Part shown: positions 10,376 to 18,867 of the stretch, piece by piece | Layout of the letters: each line of letters opens with the position of its first letter | How positions within the stretch are numbered: position 1 is the first letter of the stretch | The notes under the pieces: generated by a model | The model's database searches: none | Told to the model about the DNA's origin: nothing | The model's input: the letters and a program-made list of their open reading frames with translations, nothing else | NCBI GenBank assembly: GCA_945877765.1 | Contig: CAMDWQ010000010.1 | Coordinates: 5,679-69,678, forward strand | Direction of reading: 5' to 3' | DNA: 64,000 nt | From: Candidatus Omnitrophota bacterium | Lineage (GTDB): Bacteria > Omnitrophota > Gorgyraeia > 2-02-FULL-51-18 | Made by a program: the position numbers and the translations under genes

Positions 10376-11575
10376 ATGAGTGTACCGATGAAAAACAATT
10401 TTAATTTTAAAATAGCCCAGCGCATGGCAAAAGTTTCTCCTTCGGCCACCCTTAAGTTAACCTCTAAGGCCAAGGAGATGAAGGCCAAAGGCTTGCCGGT
10501 GATCAGTTTTGGGGCGGGCGAGCCTGATTTTGACACCCCTGGAGCGGTAAAGGATGAAGCGGTTCGTTGTCTGAACGCCGGCTTCACCAAATACACGCCT
10601 ACTTCTGGAATTCCAGAGCTTCGATCAGCGGTGTGTGAGAAGTTTTCTGAAGATCAGGGTCTTCGCTATTCGCCTGAGAATATTGTGATCTCTTGTGGTG
10701 CCAAGCACTCTTTGTACAACCTCTTTCAGGTGCTGTGTGAGGCAGGGGATGAAGTATTAATCCCGGCGCCCTACTGGGTGAGTTATCCTGAGATGGTCTA
10801 TCTTGCCGGCGGAACGCCCGTGTTTATTCCCACCTTGCAAAGTGAAGGCTTTCGCCTGACCCCCGAGAGGCTGCGTCAAGCACTCACGCCCAAAAGCAAG
10901 ATTTTGATACTCAATAGCCCCTCCAATCCCACTGGCGGCATTATGGAAGAAAGCGATTTGCGGGCGATTGCGGAGATTGTCGTTGAAAAAAACCTCATTT
11001 GCATTAGCGATGAAATCTATGAATATTATCTCTATGACAATAAAAAGCACGTTTCCATCGCGTCATTTAACGAGGAAATTAAGAAGCGAACCTTTGTAGT
11101 GAATGGCACTTCAAAAAGCTATTCGATGACAGGCTTGCGTATCGGTTATTTGGCGGGTGATGCGGAGGTCGTCAAAAAAATTGGCATTTTACAGGATCAT
11201 TCAACGTCTAATCCCACTTCTATTAGCCAAAAAATGGCCGTGGCGGCGCTGAAACTGCCAAAAACCTACCGCGAAGAGGTGCGTCAAATATTTGAAAAAA
11301 GAAGCCGCTTGATGGTGGAGCTTATTTCTAAAGCCAAAGGGTTTAAACCGTTTGTGCCGCAGGGCGCGTTCTACGTGTTTTGTGATATTGAGAGCATCGG
11401 GCTTGGTTCGGAGGTATTGTGTGACCGTCTTTTGGAAGAGATTAACGTTGCTGTCATTCCGGGAAAAAGTTTTGGATCCGACAAGCATGTGCGTTTTAGT
11501 TTTGCCTCGAGCGAGAAAGATATTTTAGAGGGTATCGGACGGATCACGGATTGGACGAATAAAATAATTGGATAA
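10376..11575 (+). CDS. Class I/II (aspartate-type) PLP-dependent aminotransferase
   Basis: 399 aa; GEPDFDTP, the PLP-lysine region NGTSKSYSMTGLRIGY. Confidence 0.85.
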   Translation: MSVPMKNNFNFKIAQRMAKVSPSATLKLTSKAKEMKAKGLPVISFGAGEPDFDTPGAVKDEAVRCLNAGFTKYTPTSGIPELRSAVCEKFSEDQGLRYSPENIVISCGAKHSLYNLFQVLCEAGDEVLIPAPYWVSYPEMVYLAGGTPVFIPTLQSEGFRLTPERLRQALTPKSKILILNSPSNPTGGIMEESDLRAIAEIVVEKNLICISDEIYEYYLYDNKKHVSIASFNEEIKKRTFVVNGTSKSYSMTGLRIGYLAGDAEVVKKIGILQDHSTSNPTSISQKMAVAALKLPKTYREEVRQIFEKRSRLMVELISKAKGFKPFVPQGAFYVFCDIESIGLGSEVLCDRLLEEINVAVIPGKSFGSDKHVRFSFASSEKDILEGIGRITDWTNKIIG

Positions 11576-11620
11576 AAGATTAAAATAATAGATAAAAAAT
11601 AGAGAAGGGCAAGAAAAAAA

Positions 11621-12706
11621 ATGGCAAAAAAAATTACATTGATCCCCGGAGACGGAATTGGGCCTGAGGTATCTCTAGCCATGCAGCGCTGCGTGGATGC
11701 TACTGGCGTGGCGATTGAGTGGGAGATAGAGCATGCCGGAACGGATATCATGGAAAAGAAAGGCACACCGTTGCCTCAGGAAGTGCTCGATTCTGTGCGC
11801 AGGAATAAAGTGGCCATTAAAGGCCCTGTCACCACGCCCGTGGGATCTGGTTTTCGTTCTGTCAATGTAGCGCTTCGAAAAGAATTGGATCTTTACGCCT
11901 GTCTTCGTCCCTGCAAACTTTATCCCGGGGTCAAGAGCCGCTACGAAAACATTAATTTGTATATTGTCCGTGAAAATACAGAAGATCTTTATGCTGGGAT
12001 TGAATTTGAAGCTAAAAGCGCCGAATGTGAGCAGCTGATTGAAAAAATTAAACAGCTAAATCCAAAAGCAGCAATGCATCCCAACCCGGCGATTAGTATT
12101 AAGCCGATTTCTGAGTTTGGAACAAGGCGTATTGTTAAGGCAGCCTTTGAGACGGCCATTAAAAATAATCGGAAAAAAGTTACTGCGGTGCACAAAGCCA
12201 ATATCATGAAGTGTACTGACGGGCTTTTTCTGCGTGTTGCGCGCGAAGTGGCTAAGGAATATGAGGGGAAGATTCAATTTGAAGAGCGCATTGTCGATAA
12301 TATGTGCATGCAGTTGGTCCAATACCCCAACGATTATGATGTGTTGGTACTGCCCAATCTTTACGGGGATATTCTCTCGGATCTTTGTGCAGGGCTCATT
12401 GGCGGGTTGGGGATAGCGCCAGGCGCCAACATTGGGGATGGCATCGCGCTTTTTGAAGCGACACACGGCAGTGCTCCCAAGTACAAGGGGCTCAACAAAG
12501 CCAATCCTACCGCGATGATTCTTTCTAGCGTCTTGATGCTTGAGTATATCGGTGAAAACAAGGCGGCCGAGCGGCTTGAGGAGGCTGTCGCGTTGGTACT
12601 CAAAGAGGGTAAGTCCGTCACCTATGATTTGAAAAAAGACCGCAACGACCCTACGGCTGTGGGCACCAGCCAGTTTGCGGATGCCATCATCAAAGCTTTG
12701 AAATAA
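11621..12706 (+). CDS. Isocitrate/isopropylmalate dehydrogenase family enzyme (NAD-isocitrate-DH-like)
   Basis: 361 aa; GDGIGPEV, SVNVALRKELDLYACLRP, NLYGDILSDL. Confidence 0.8.
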   Translation: MAKKITLIPGDGIGPEVSLAMQRCVDATGVAIEWEIEHAGTDIMEKKGTPLPQEVLDSVRRNKVAIKGPVTTPVGSGFRSVNVALRKELDLYACLRPCKLYPGVKSRYENINLYIVRENTEDLYAGIEFEAKSAECEQLIEKIKQLNPKAAMHPNPAISIKPISEFGTRRIVKAAFETAIKNNRKKVTAVHKANIMKCTDGLFLRVAREVAKEYEGKIQFEERIVDNMCMQLVQYPNDYDVLVLPNLYGDILSDLCAGLIGGLGIAPGANIGDGIALFEATHGSAPKYKGLNKANPTAMILSSVLMLEYIGENKAAERLEEAVALVLKEGKSVTYDLKKDRNDPTAVGTSQFADAIIKALK

Positions 12707-12712
12707 ATCACC

Positions 12713-13657
12713 ATGTCTCGCCTTTTAGAGAAAATCGTTGCATCCGAGCGTCGTTTACCGGATTGGTTGAAACGCGACCTTTCTCCGGGGCTGGAAGCAC
12801 CTAAAACAGACGCTCTTTTAAAAGAGCTGGGGCTTCATACCATTTGCGAAAGCGGGCGATGCCCCAACCGTAATGAGTGCTATTCCCAGAAAACCGCTAC
12901 TTTCATGATCATGGGCGATACTTGCACGCGTACCTGCAAATTTTGCTCGGTGAGCATGGGGCGCCCTGAAGTGTTGGATAAGGATGAGCCGCGCCGTGTG
13001 GCAGAGGCGACAAGCCGCTTGGGTCTTAAGCACGTGGTCGTGACGTCGGTGAACCGTGATGATTTGGAAGATGAGGGTGCGGGTCATTTTGTGAATGTGA
13101 TTTCGGAGTTAAAAAAAATATCCCCTGAGCTCATCATTGAAATTTTAACCCCTGATTTTAAACGCACCCAGATGCTTGCCGTACGAAAAATCATGGAGGC
13201 GGGCCCCGATATTTTTAATCACAATGTGGAAACAGTGCCGCGGCTTTACCGGGGCGTGCGGCCGCAGGCGGTGTATGAAAAGTCGCTTCAGATTTTTCGT
13301 GAAATTCGTGCGGTGTCCTCAAAGGTGTTGACCAAGAGTGGGCTCATGCTGGGCCTGGGAGAAAAAAAAGAAGAAGTTTTAGCTGTTCTTGGGGATTTGC
13401 GCGCGCATGGATGCGACATGCTAACGCTGGGGCAGTATTTGCAGTCGAGCACCTTTGGTCTGCCAGTCGCGGAATACATCCATCCCGACACGTTTAAGAA
13501 TTATAAGCAAGAAGCGCTCAAAATAGGATTTACTTGGGTGGAGAGCGCGCCGTATGTACGAAGCTCTTTTCATGCCAAGGAGTCTTTCGAAGCCCTGTCT
13601 CGGTCCATATCCGCCAGAAAGAAGGCGGACTCGTCCATCGGCGAGCAGCAAAGCTAG
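12713..13657 (+). CDS. lipA: Lipoyl synthase
   Basis: Cys motifs CESGRCPNRNEC and the radical-SAM motif CTRTCKFC. Confidence 0.9.
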   Translation: MSRLLEKIVASERRLPDWLKRDLSPGLEAPKTDALLKELGLHTICESGRCPNRNECYSQKTATFMIMGDTCTRTCKFCSVSMGRPEVLDKDEPRRVAEATSRLGLKHVVVTSVNRDDLEDEGAGHFVNVISELKKISPELIIEILTPDFKRTQMLAVRKIMEAGPDIFNHNVETVPRLYRGVRPQAVYEKSLQIFREIRAVSSKVLTKSGLMLGLGEKKEEVLAVLGDLRAHGCDMLTLGQYLQSSTFGLPVAEYIHPDTFKNYKQEALKIGFTWVESAPYVRSSFHAKESFEALSRSISARKKADSSIGEQQS

Positions 13658-13663
13658 TTTTCG

Positions 13664-14344
13664 GTGAAGCCCCAAGACGTCTGCGTTATTATTCCCGGGT
13701 ACAACGAAGCTAAAAATATTCCTCGTGTCGTGACCGCCGTTAAAAATCTTGGCTTCCCCGTGCTTGTTGTGGACGATGGCTCCAAGGATGATATGGCCGC
13801 CCAAGCACGCCTGGCAGGGGCCCACGTTTTTTCCTATGCTCCCAACGAAGGAAAAGGGGCAGCGATACGCCGGGGGATTGAATGGTTTCTCAAAAAAACT
13901 TCCTACCAAGCCGTCGTTTTTATGGATTCCGATGGCCAACATGATGCGGCAGATTTACCAATTTTTCTAAAAGCGCTTGAAAATCCAGAAATTGATTTGG
14001 TGATTGGTAACCGGATGAATAATCCCAAAGGCATGCCTTTTGTTCGGCGCCATACCAATGTCATCATGTCCGCCCTAATTTCAGCCGCTGCGGGGCAGAA
14101 GGTGCCGGATACTCAGTGTGGTTACCGCGCCGCCAAACGTGAGGCGATCGGACGGCTTCAGCTTGAGAGCAGTCGTTTTGAAATTGAGTCAGAAATGATT
14201 CTTGAAGCGGCGCGCACGCATTCACGCATCTCATCAGTGCCCGTCCGTTCAGTCTACGAGGGCGGCACAAGTCACATCCATCCTTTGCGTGATACAGTAC
14301 GTTTTTTTAAATTTTTATTTAAATACCTTGCTTGCCGTAAATAA
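13664..14344 (+). CDS. Family 2 glycosyltransferase (polyprenyl-phosphate sugar transferase-like); GTG start
   Basis: VIIPGYNEAKNI...VVDDGSKDD; DxD region MDSDGQHD. Confidence 0.75.
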   Translation: MKPQDVCVIIPGYNEAKNIPRVVTAVKNLGFPVLVVDDGSKDDMAAQARLAGAHVFSYAPNEGKGAAIRRGIEWFLKKTSYQAVVFMDSDGQHDAADLPIFLKALENPEIDLVIGNRMNNPKGMPFVRRHTNVIMSALISAAAGQKVPDTQCGYRAAKREAIGRLQLESSRFEIESEMILEAARTHSRISSVPVRSVYEGGTSHIHPLRDTVRFFKFLFKYLACRK

Positions 14345-14379
14345 ATTTACTAGACTGATCTCGACAATTAAATAACAAA

Positions 14380-14520
14380 GATGACGGTGAGCCCCTAACC
14401 GGGCCTTAATAGGGAAGGCTGTGAAAATCAGCCGCGGTCCCGCCGCTGTAACCTCTATAGTTTTACTTTCGTTGAGAATGCCACTGTGAGAGTTTTCATG
14501 GGAAGGCCAAACGAAAGAAG
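14380..14520 (+). ncRNA. Cobalamin (AdoCbl) riboswitch
   Basis: AATAGGGAAGGCTGTGAAAATCAGCC...GGTCCCGCCGCTGTAACC plus a B12 box GAGAATGCCACTG...GGGAAGGCC, in the leader of a TonB-dependent receptor gene. Confidence 0.7.
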
Positions 14521-14582
14521 AGGGAGTCAGAAAACCTGCCATCATCTTTTCAAGATCAACCTTTCTTTACGAGGCATAAAGA

Positions 14583-16772
14583 ATGAAAAAATCCCTATTG
14601 GTTTCCTATTCCTGCACGTTCCTACTTCTTTTTTCTACTGCAAGCCAAGTATTGGCTGATGACCCAAAAAAAAGTAAACCAAATAACAATCAAACCCTAT
14701 TAACACTTCCTTTTGACGCCGCCGAGAAATTGATTGGGGCGACGTTTGATTTGGGAGGTATTTTTGTGGGAAGTAAGCGGTTGGCGAGTCCTTTTGGTGA
14801 GTTTGTATCGGACTCGGTGAGCTCCACGAGTGTGGTCACTCGAAAAGACATCGAGCGCTCCGGCTCAAGAAATGTTCCGGAGGCTTTGAACGAAATACCC
14901 GGAGTAGCTTTGACGGATTTGGTTGGTAACGGCGAAGAGCCGACGGTTGATTTTCGCGGCTTCAATGAGGGCGGGGATGTGGTCTATCTTTTAGAAGGCG
15001 TGCGCCTGAACGAACCCAAATCCAACAACATGAATTTCCCTCTCATTCCCACCAGCCTCATCGAGCGGATCGAAATTAGCCGCGGGAGTTCGTCGTTTCT
15101 TTATGGGGAGGGGGCCGTCGGCGGGACGGTGAATTTTGCGGGCCGGGCGCCTAAAAAAGACGGCTTTTTTGGCGAGGCCACAAGTCTTGTGGGAAGTTTC
15201 GGCCAGTGGGGTGAGAGTTTAGAAACAGGTTTTAGAAAAGAAAGCGTTTCTCTGTATCTAACCGGTGATGTTTATCACACGCGGGGTTTTCGTCAAAATA
15301 CCTCCGTCGAAAAAGAAAGTTTCTATACCAAAGGGTCGTGGGAAGTCTCCGAGAAAATCGGGCTGGGTCTTACGTATCTGCATGGCAGGGCTCATTTGGA
15401 CCGCTCGGGAAGCATCCGCGAGACGTATTTGCGGCTCTACGGCCCCGAAGCCACGGAGCGGCCGCGCAACTTTTCCGAACTTCAGTCGGACCTTGGCATT
15501 CTGGATTTCCGGCTGATGCCTCTAGAGGAAGTGGCGCTGACCGGGAATGTTTTTTTAAGAGACACAGCGGAGTTGTCGGTGGCCAATTTTGCCACTTTTG
15601 AAAGAGCTGACAATGAACTGGATCTGAATACGAGCAGTTGGGGCACTACTTTCCAGGCCGAGCATTCGAAGGAAATCCCCTGGAAATTAAAAGAGGATTT
15701 TCTTGTAGGGATGGATTATACCCATCACGATATTGATGAAGAAGATTTTAACCGCTCCAAATCGACTTTGCAGCGCCTGGCGCGCACGGTGGATTCGGAT
15801 TCAACGAAAGATGCTACGGGGATTTTTTCAAAGTTGGCCGTATCTTGGAATGAACGTGCGGGCGCTTATTACGGCGCACGGTACGACTGGATTGGGTTTC
15901 GAAATAACGATAGAATCAACCTTCAGAATAATGAACCTACCGATATTTCAAAACTAAGCCAGTCGGCCGGTGCTTCCTATCAGATTTTCGAGCCCTTGGC
16001 TGCTTCCGTCACGTACAGCCATTCGTTTAAAGCGCCAGCACTTAGCGATCTTTACGCGAATCCACTTTTTGGCGGAAATCCCGCTTTGAGGCCGGAGGAA
16101 TCTTCGGATTACGAAGCGGGACTCCGCTGGAAGCAGGGCGGAGTGATGCTTAAAAATACCTGGTTTTTAATCCGCCGGACCAATGAAATTGGTTTTGATC
16201 CAGGATTGACGGATGCCGAGCATCTTTTTGGCCGTAATAATAATTTTGGAAAGACCGAGCGTGTCGGTGTCGAGAATTTTGCGGAATGGAAACCCGTATC
16301 TTCTGCGAGGCTACGTATTTCTCATACGTACACGGAAGCGGTTTTTAAATCCAACCTAACCCCGGATCCATTTGCGACAGACCCTTTTGAAAACCAGATC
16401 AGCGGCGACCATATTCCGATGGTTCCGCGTAACCGTTTTACTGCGGATATCTGGGTAGAGCCAGTCAAAAATCTAGAATTGGATTTGGGCATGGTTTCCG
16501 TAGCCAAGCAGGTCTTGACGAACGATTTAAACAACGACCGCAACGGCCGCCGGCTCCCGGCGTATTTGGTTTTTAATTTTAGGACGTTTTATACATGTGG
16601 GCAATGGCGCTTTTCTTTTGAAGTCGATAATTTACTCGATGAGCGCTACGAGAGCGGCGGTAGTCTGGGGTTGGCGCCTTCTAGTTTTAATTCGGATCAC
16701 ACCGTAGAAGACAATTTTTTTGTGCCGGCGCCTGGGCGAAGCTATGCAGTGACGGTTAGCTATTCGTGGTAA
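14583..16772 (+). CDS. TonB-dependent outer-membrane receptor (BtuB-like, given the riboswitch)
   Basis: 729 aa; signal peptide, plug region and C-terminal aromatic residue (ends YSW). Confidence 0.85.
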   Translation: MKKSLLVSYSCTFLLLFSTASQVLADDPKKSKPNNNQTLLTLPFDAAEKLIGATFDLGGIFVGSKRLASPFGEFVSDSVSSTSVVTRKDIERSGSRNVPEALNEIPGVALTDLVGNGEEPTVDFRGFNEGGDVVYLLEGVRLNEPKSNNMNFPLIPTSLIERIEISRGSSSFLYGEGAVGGTVNFAGRAPKKDGFFGEATSLVGSFGQWGESLETGFRKESVSLYLTGDVYHTRGFRQNTSVEKESFYTKGSWEVSEKIGLGLTYLHGRAHLDRSGSIRETYLRLYGPEATERPRNFSELQSDLGILDFRLMPLEEVALTGNVFLRDTAELSVANFATFERADNELDLNTSSWGTTFQAEHSKEIPWKLKEDFLVGMDYTHHDIDEEDFNRSKSTLQRLARTVDSDSTKDATGIFSKLAVSWNERAGAYYGARYDWIGFRNNDRINLQNNEPTDISKLSQSAGASYQIFEPLAASVTYSHSFKAPALSDLYANPLFGGNPALRPEESSDYEAGLRWKQGGVMLKNTWFLIRRTNEIGFDPGLTDAEHLFGRNNNFGKTERVGVENFAEWKPVSSARLRISHTYTEAVFKSNLTPDPFATDPFENQISGDHIPMVPRNRFTADIWVEPVKNLELDLGMVSVAKQVLTNDLNNDRNGRRLPAYLVFNFRTFYTCGQWRFSFEVDNLLDERYESGGSLGLAPSSFNSDHTVEDNFFVPAPGRSYAVTVSYSW

Positions 16773-16792
16773 ACACAACCTTTTAAGAAATC

Positions 16793-16821
16793 TTGTAATA
16801 GGTGTATACACATAGTATACT
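16793..16821 (+). promoter_or_regulatory. Putative sigma70-type promoter (TTGTAA-17-TATACT) with a GTGTATACAC palindrome in the spacer, acting as a candidate toxin-antitoxin operator
   Basis: Hexamer spacing; perfect 10-bp palindrome; ribosome-binding site AAGGAGG at 16834, then ATG at 16846. Confidence 0.4.
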
Positions 16822-16845
16822 TACATCAGAACTAAGGAGGCAAAA

Positions 16846-17076
16846 ATGCCCAATATGACTTTAGCGATTCCGGCTGATTTAAAAGAAACGATGGACCATT
16901 TTAAGGAAATAAACTGGTCTGAGGTAGCCCGTCAGGCTATTCGTGAGAAGGCATTCTTACTGGAGAAGATGAATCATTTTTTCTCTAAAAGTAAACTTAC
17001 GGAAGCGGATATAGAAAAATACGGTCGCCAGATCAAAAAGAGCGTCTGGAAGAAACATAAAGCGGCAACTGCTTAA
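16846..17076 (+). CDS. Putative type II antitoxin (small alpha-helical, VapB-like by position)
   Basis: 76 aa; immediately upstream of, and 3 nt from, the PIN gene. Confidence 0.5.
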   Translation: MPNMTLAIPADLKETMDHFKEINWSEVARQAIREKAFLLEKMNHFFSKSKLTEADIEKYGRQIKKSVWKKHKAATA

Positions 17077-17079
17077 AAA

Positions 17080-17352
17080 TTGGAACTAGTCGTAGACGCT
17101 AATGTTCTTTTAGCCGCTCTCCTTAAAGGAGCGCTCACTCGAGAGCTACTTTTTGACAGCCGCTTTAAACTTTACGCTCCGGAACACTTAGTACTTGAAA
17201 TTCAACTTTTGCTTAAGCGCAATCTTTCAATTCAAAGAAGAACTGGATTGTCGGGAAAGGCATTGGAAGAAGTTTTCCATTTCTTGACCCAGAAAATAGA
17301 AATGCACCCGGAAAGCACCTACTCTTTGCATGTAGTGGCCACGTCTGTCTAG
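17080..17352 (+). CDS. PIN-domain protein (VapC-like), unusually short (90 aa); TTG start
   Basis: N-terminus ELVVDANVLLAAL is a typical PIN first strand and acidic residue; shorter than canonical PIN, so possibly truncated. Confidence 0.55.
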   Translation: MELVVDANVLLAALLKGALTRELLFDSRFKLYAPEHLVLEIQLLLKRNLSIQRRTGLSGKALEEVFHFLTQKIEMHPESTYSLHVVATSV

Positions 17353-17586
17353 ACCATTTTTAATACCAGATAATATTTGACAGGGCATAGTTTCATCGTA
17401 TATTCTCCCATTAGATTTGTTCCCCGTCTGACTTGCCCAAAAGGCCTCGGACGGGGTTATTTGTTTTAAGCGTACGGGGAGGGATCGTGCCAGACAGTGT
17501 AAAGAAGGTGTAGATTTTGTTGATGACCAAAATTTATTTTATGCTATCAGGGGAGTTTTTGGTCGAGGAGTTTATTGAATGGATTC

Positions 17587-17847
17587 TTAGAGATTTTTGT
17601 AGGAGTCTTTTCTGTTTTTTACTAAGTGGATATGAATTTGTTTATCTTTTGTGTTGGGAGAGTAGAGGATTCGGTAGTCTCCCTGTTGTAATCGGTAGAG
17701 ATTGTCTTTTCCGGATATTTTCTTGGTGCCGCTTGGAAATGGATTCTCAGAGAGGCCTTTGAAAACCTCTTTTATTTTTTTGACATCGTGGTCCGGGATC
17801 TTATCGAGCTCCTTGAAAATCTTTTTCTCATAAAAAATTTGGTACAT
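17587..17847 (-). CDS. RelE/ParE-family toxin
   Basis: 86 aa; NLYRLQQGDYRILY...IHLVKNRKDSY matches the RelE core. Confidence 0.8.
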   Translation of the reverse strand: MYQIFYEKKIFKELDKIPDHDVKKIKEVFKGLSENPFPSGTKKISGKDNLYRLQQGDYRILYSPNTKDKQIHIHLVKNRKDSYKNL

Positions 17848-18098
17848 TACCGAATGTTTCTTTTGGAGAGATATTGATCAAACTCCTTCTGAGAAACATA
17901 TTCAGCTGTTTTTAGACCAGCTTGAACCATGGAAATATCCTGGCTGTCTTGAGCGGTTTCCCGAAGCATTTCCTGGATGGCTTGGGTAATAAAATAGCCC
18001 ATTTTGATCCCATGATTTTTGCAGTATTCAGATAGTTTGTTTTTCAGGTCCATTGGAATCCTAGCAGATAAGAAAACTTGTTGGGCATGAACGGCCAT
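17847..18098 (-). CDS. Cognate antitoxin (RHH/DinJ-like) of the RelE gene
   Basis: 83 aa; overlaps the toxin start by 1 nt; a minus-strand promoter TTGACA-17-TATATT lies at 18158-18130. Confidence 0.55.
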   Translation of the reverse strand: MAVHAQQVFLSARIPMDLKNKLSEYCKNHGIKMGYFITQAIQEMLRETAQDSQDISMVQAGLKTAEYVSQKEFDQYLSKRNIR

Positions 18099-18197
18099 GG
18101 TGTCCCCCTTTGTTGTGTTATTATCTAAAAATATATCATTTTATCACGCATCTGTCAATAGAGTCAGGATGTTTTTTTTAGGGTATAATGTTCTCCT

Positions 18198-18866
18198 ATG
18201 AGGACTACAACCGCCGCCATTTTATTTTCTTTTTCAGCGCATGCTTTTTTGGGGTACTCCCTATTGCCGGGCATGCTGGGTGACTCCGCGCCGACTTCGG
18301 AGCCAATTCCCATTGCTCTTGTCCGCTATGAAAAGCCTCTTTCTGTTGAAAAGGTAGTTTCCGTTCCGGCTCTCCCGGTGAAGCAGACTCCGGTTGGCAA
18401 AAAGATCGAAGCGCGCCCAGAGCCTTCAAAAGTGATTGCTGCAAAATTGGCGGCATTGCCTGTACCAATTGCAGCTAAAAAGGAAACTTCCGCGTCGGGG
18501 GCAGCTCCATTGGCCGATCGGCCTAAGACGGCCATGGATTTTATGACGGACCCCCAGAAGGGAAAAGTTTTTTTTAGCTATTTTGGAAAGCTCAAGGAAA
18601 AGATACACCTCAACCTTCGCCGAAAATACCAGCAGGCTGATGATGCTCTGGGTGTCGTAACCATCCTTTTTGTATTAAATCCCGATGGTTCTTTGGTGAA
18701 AGCAAACGTGATTACAAAGGAGTCGGATGCCGCAGAACCTCTTCAGCGCATGGCTCTGGATTCGCTCAAGCGCTCCGCACCCTTTGGTGGTTTTCCCCGT
18801 GAGTTGGGAAATGTTCCCGTGGCCTTTAGTTTGAAAGTTTACTTTGATGAATTGAGGGAGGGATAG
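18198..18866 (+). CDS. tonB: Energy transducer TonB (C-terminal TonB domain)
   Basis: N-terminal transmembrane segment, Pro/Ala-rich spacer, C-terminal GVVTILFVLNPDGSLVKANVITKESDAAEPLQRMALDSLKRSAPF. Confidence 0.75.
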   Translation: MRTTTAAILFSFSAHAFLGYSLLPGMLGDSAPTSEPIPIALVRYEKPLSVEKVVSVPALPVKQTPVGKKIEARPEPSKVIAAKLAALPVPIAAKKETSASGAAPLADRPKTAMDFMTDPQKGKVFFSYFGKLKEKIHLNLRRKYQQADDALGVVTILFVLNPDGSLVKANVITKESDAAEPLQRMALDSLKRSAPFGGFPRELGNVPVAFSLKVYFDELREG

Positions 18867-18867
18867 A

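Noticed and set aside
10186-10596. A 136-aa minus-strand ORF spanning the REP doublet and the 5' end of the aminotransferase gene.
   Set aside because: It reads through palindromic repeats and overlaps a well-supported plus-strand gene, so it is spurious.
13421-13942. A 173-aa minus-strand ORF across the lipA / GT2 junction.
   Set aside because: It is antisense to two conserved genes with no independent support.
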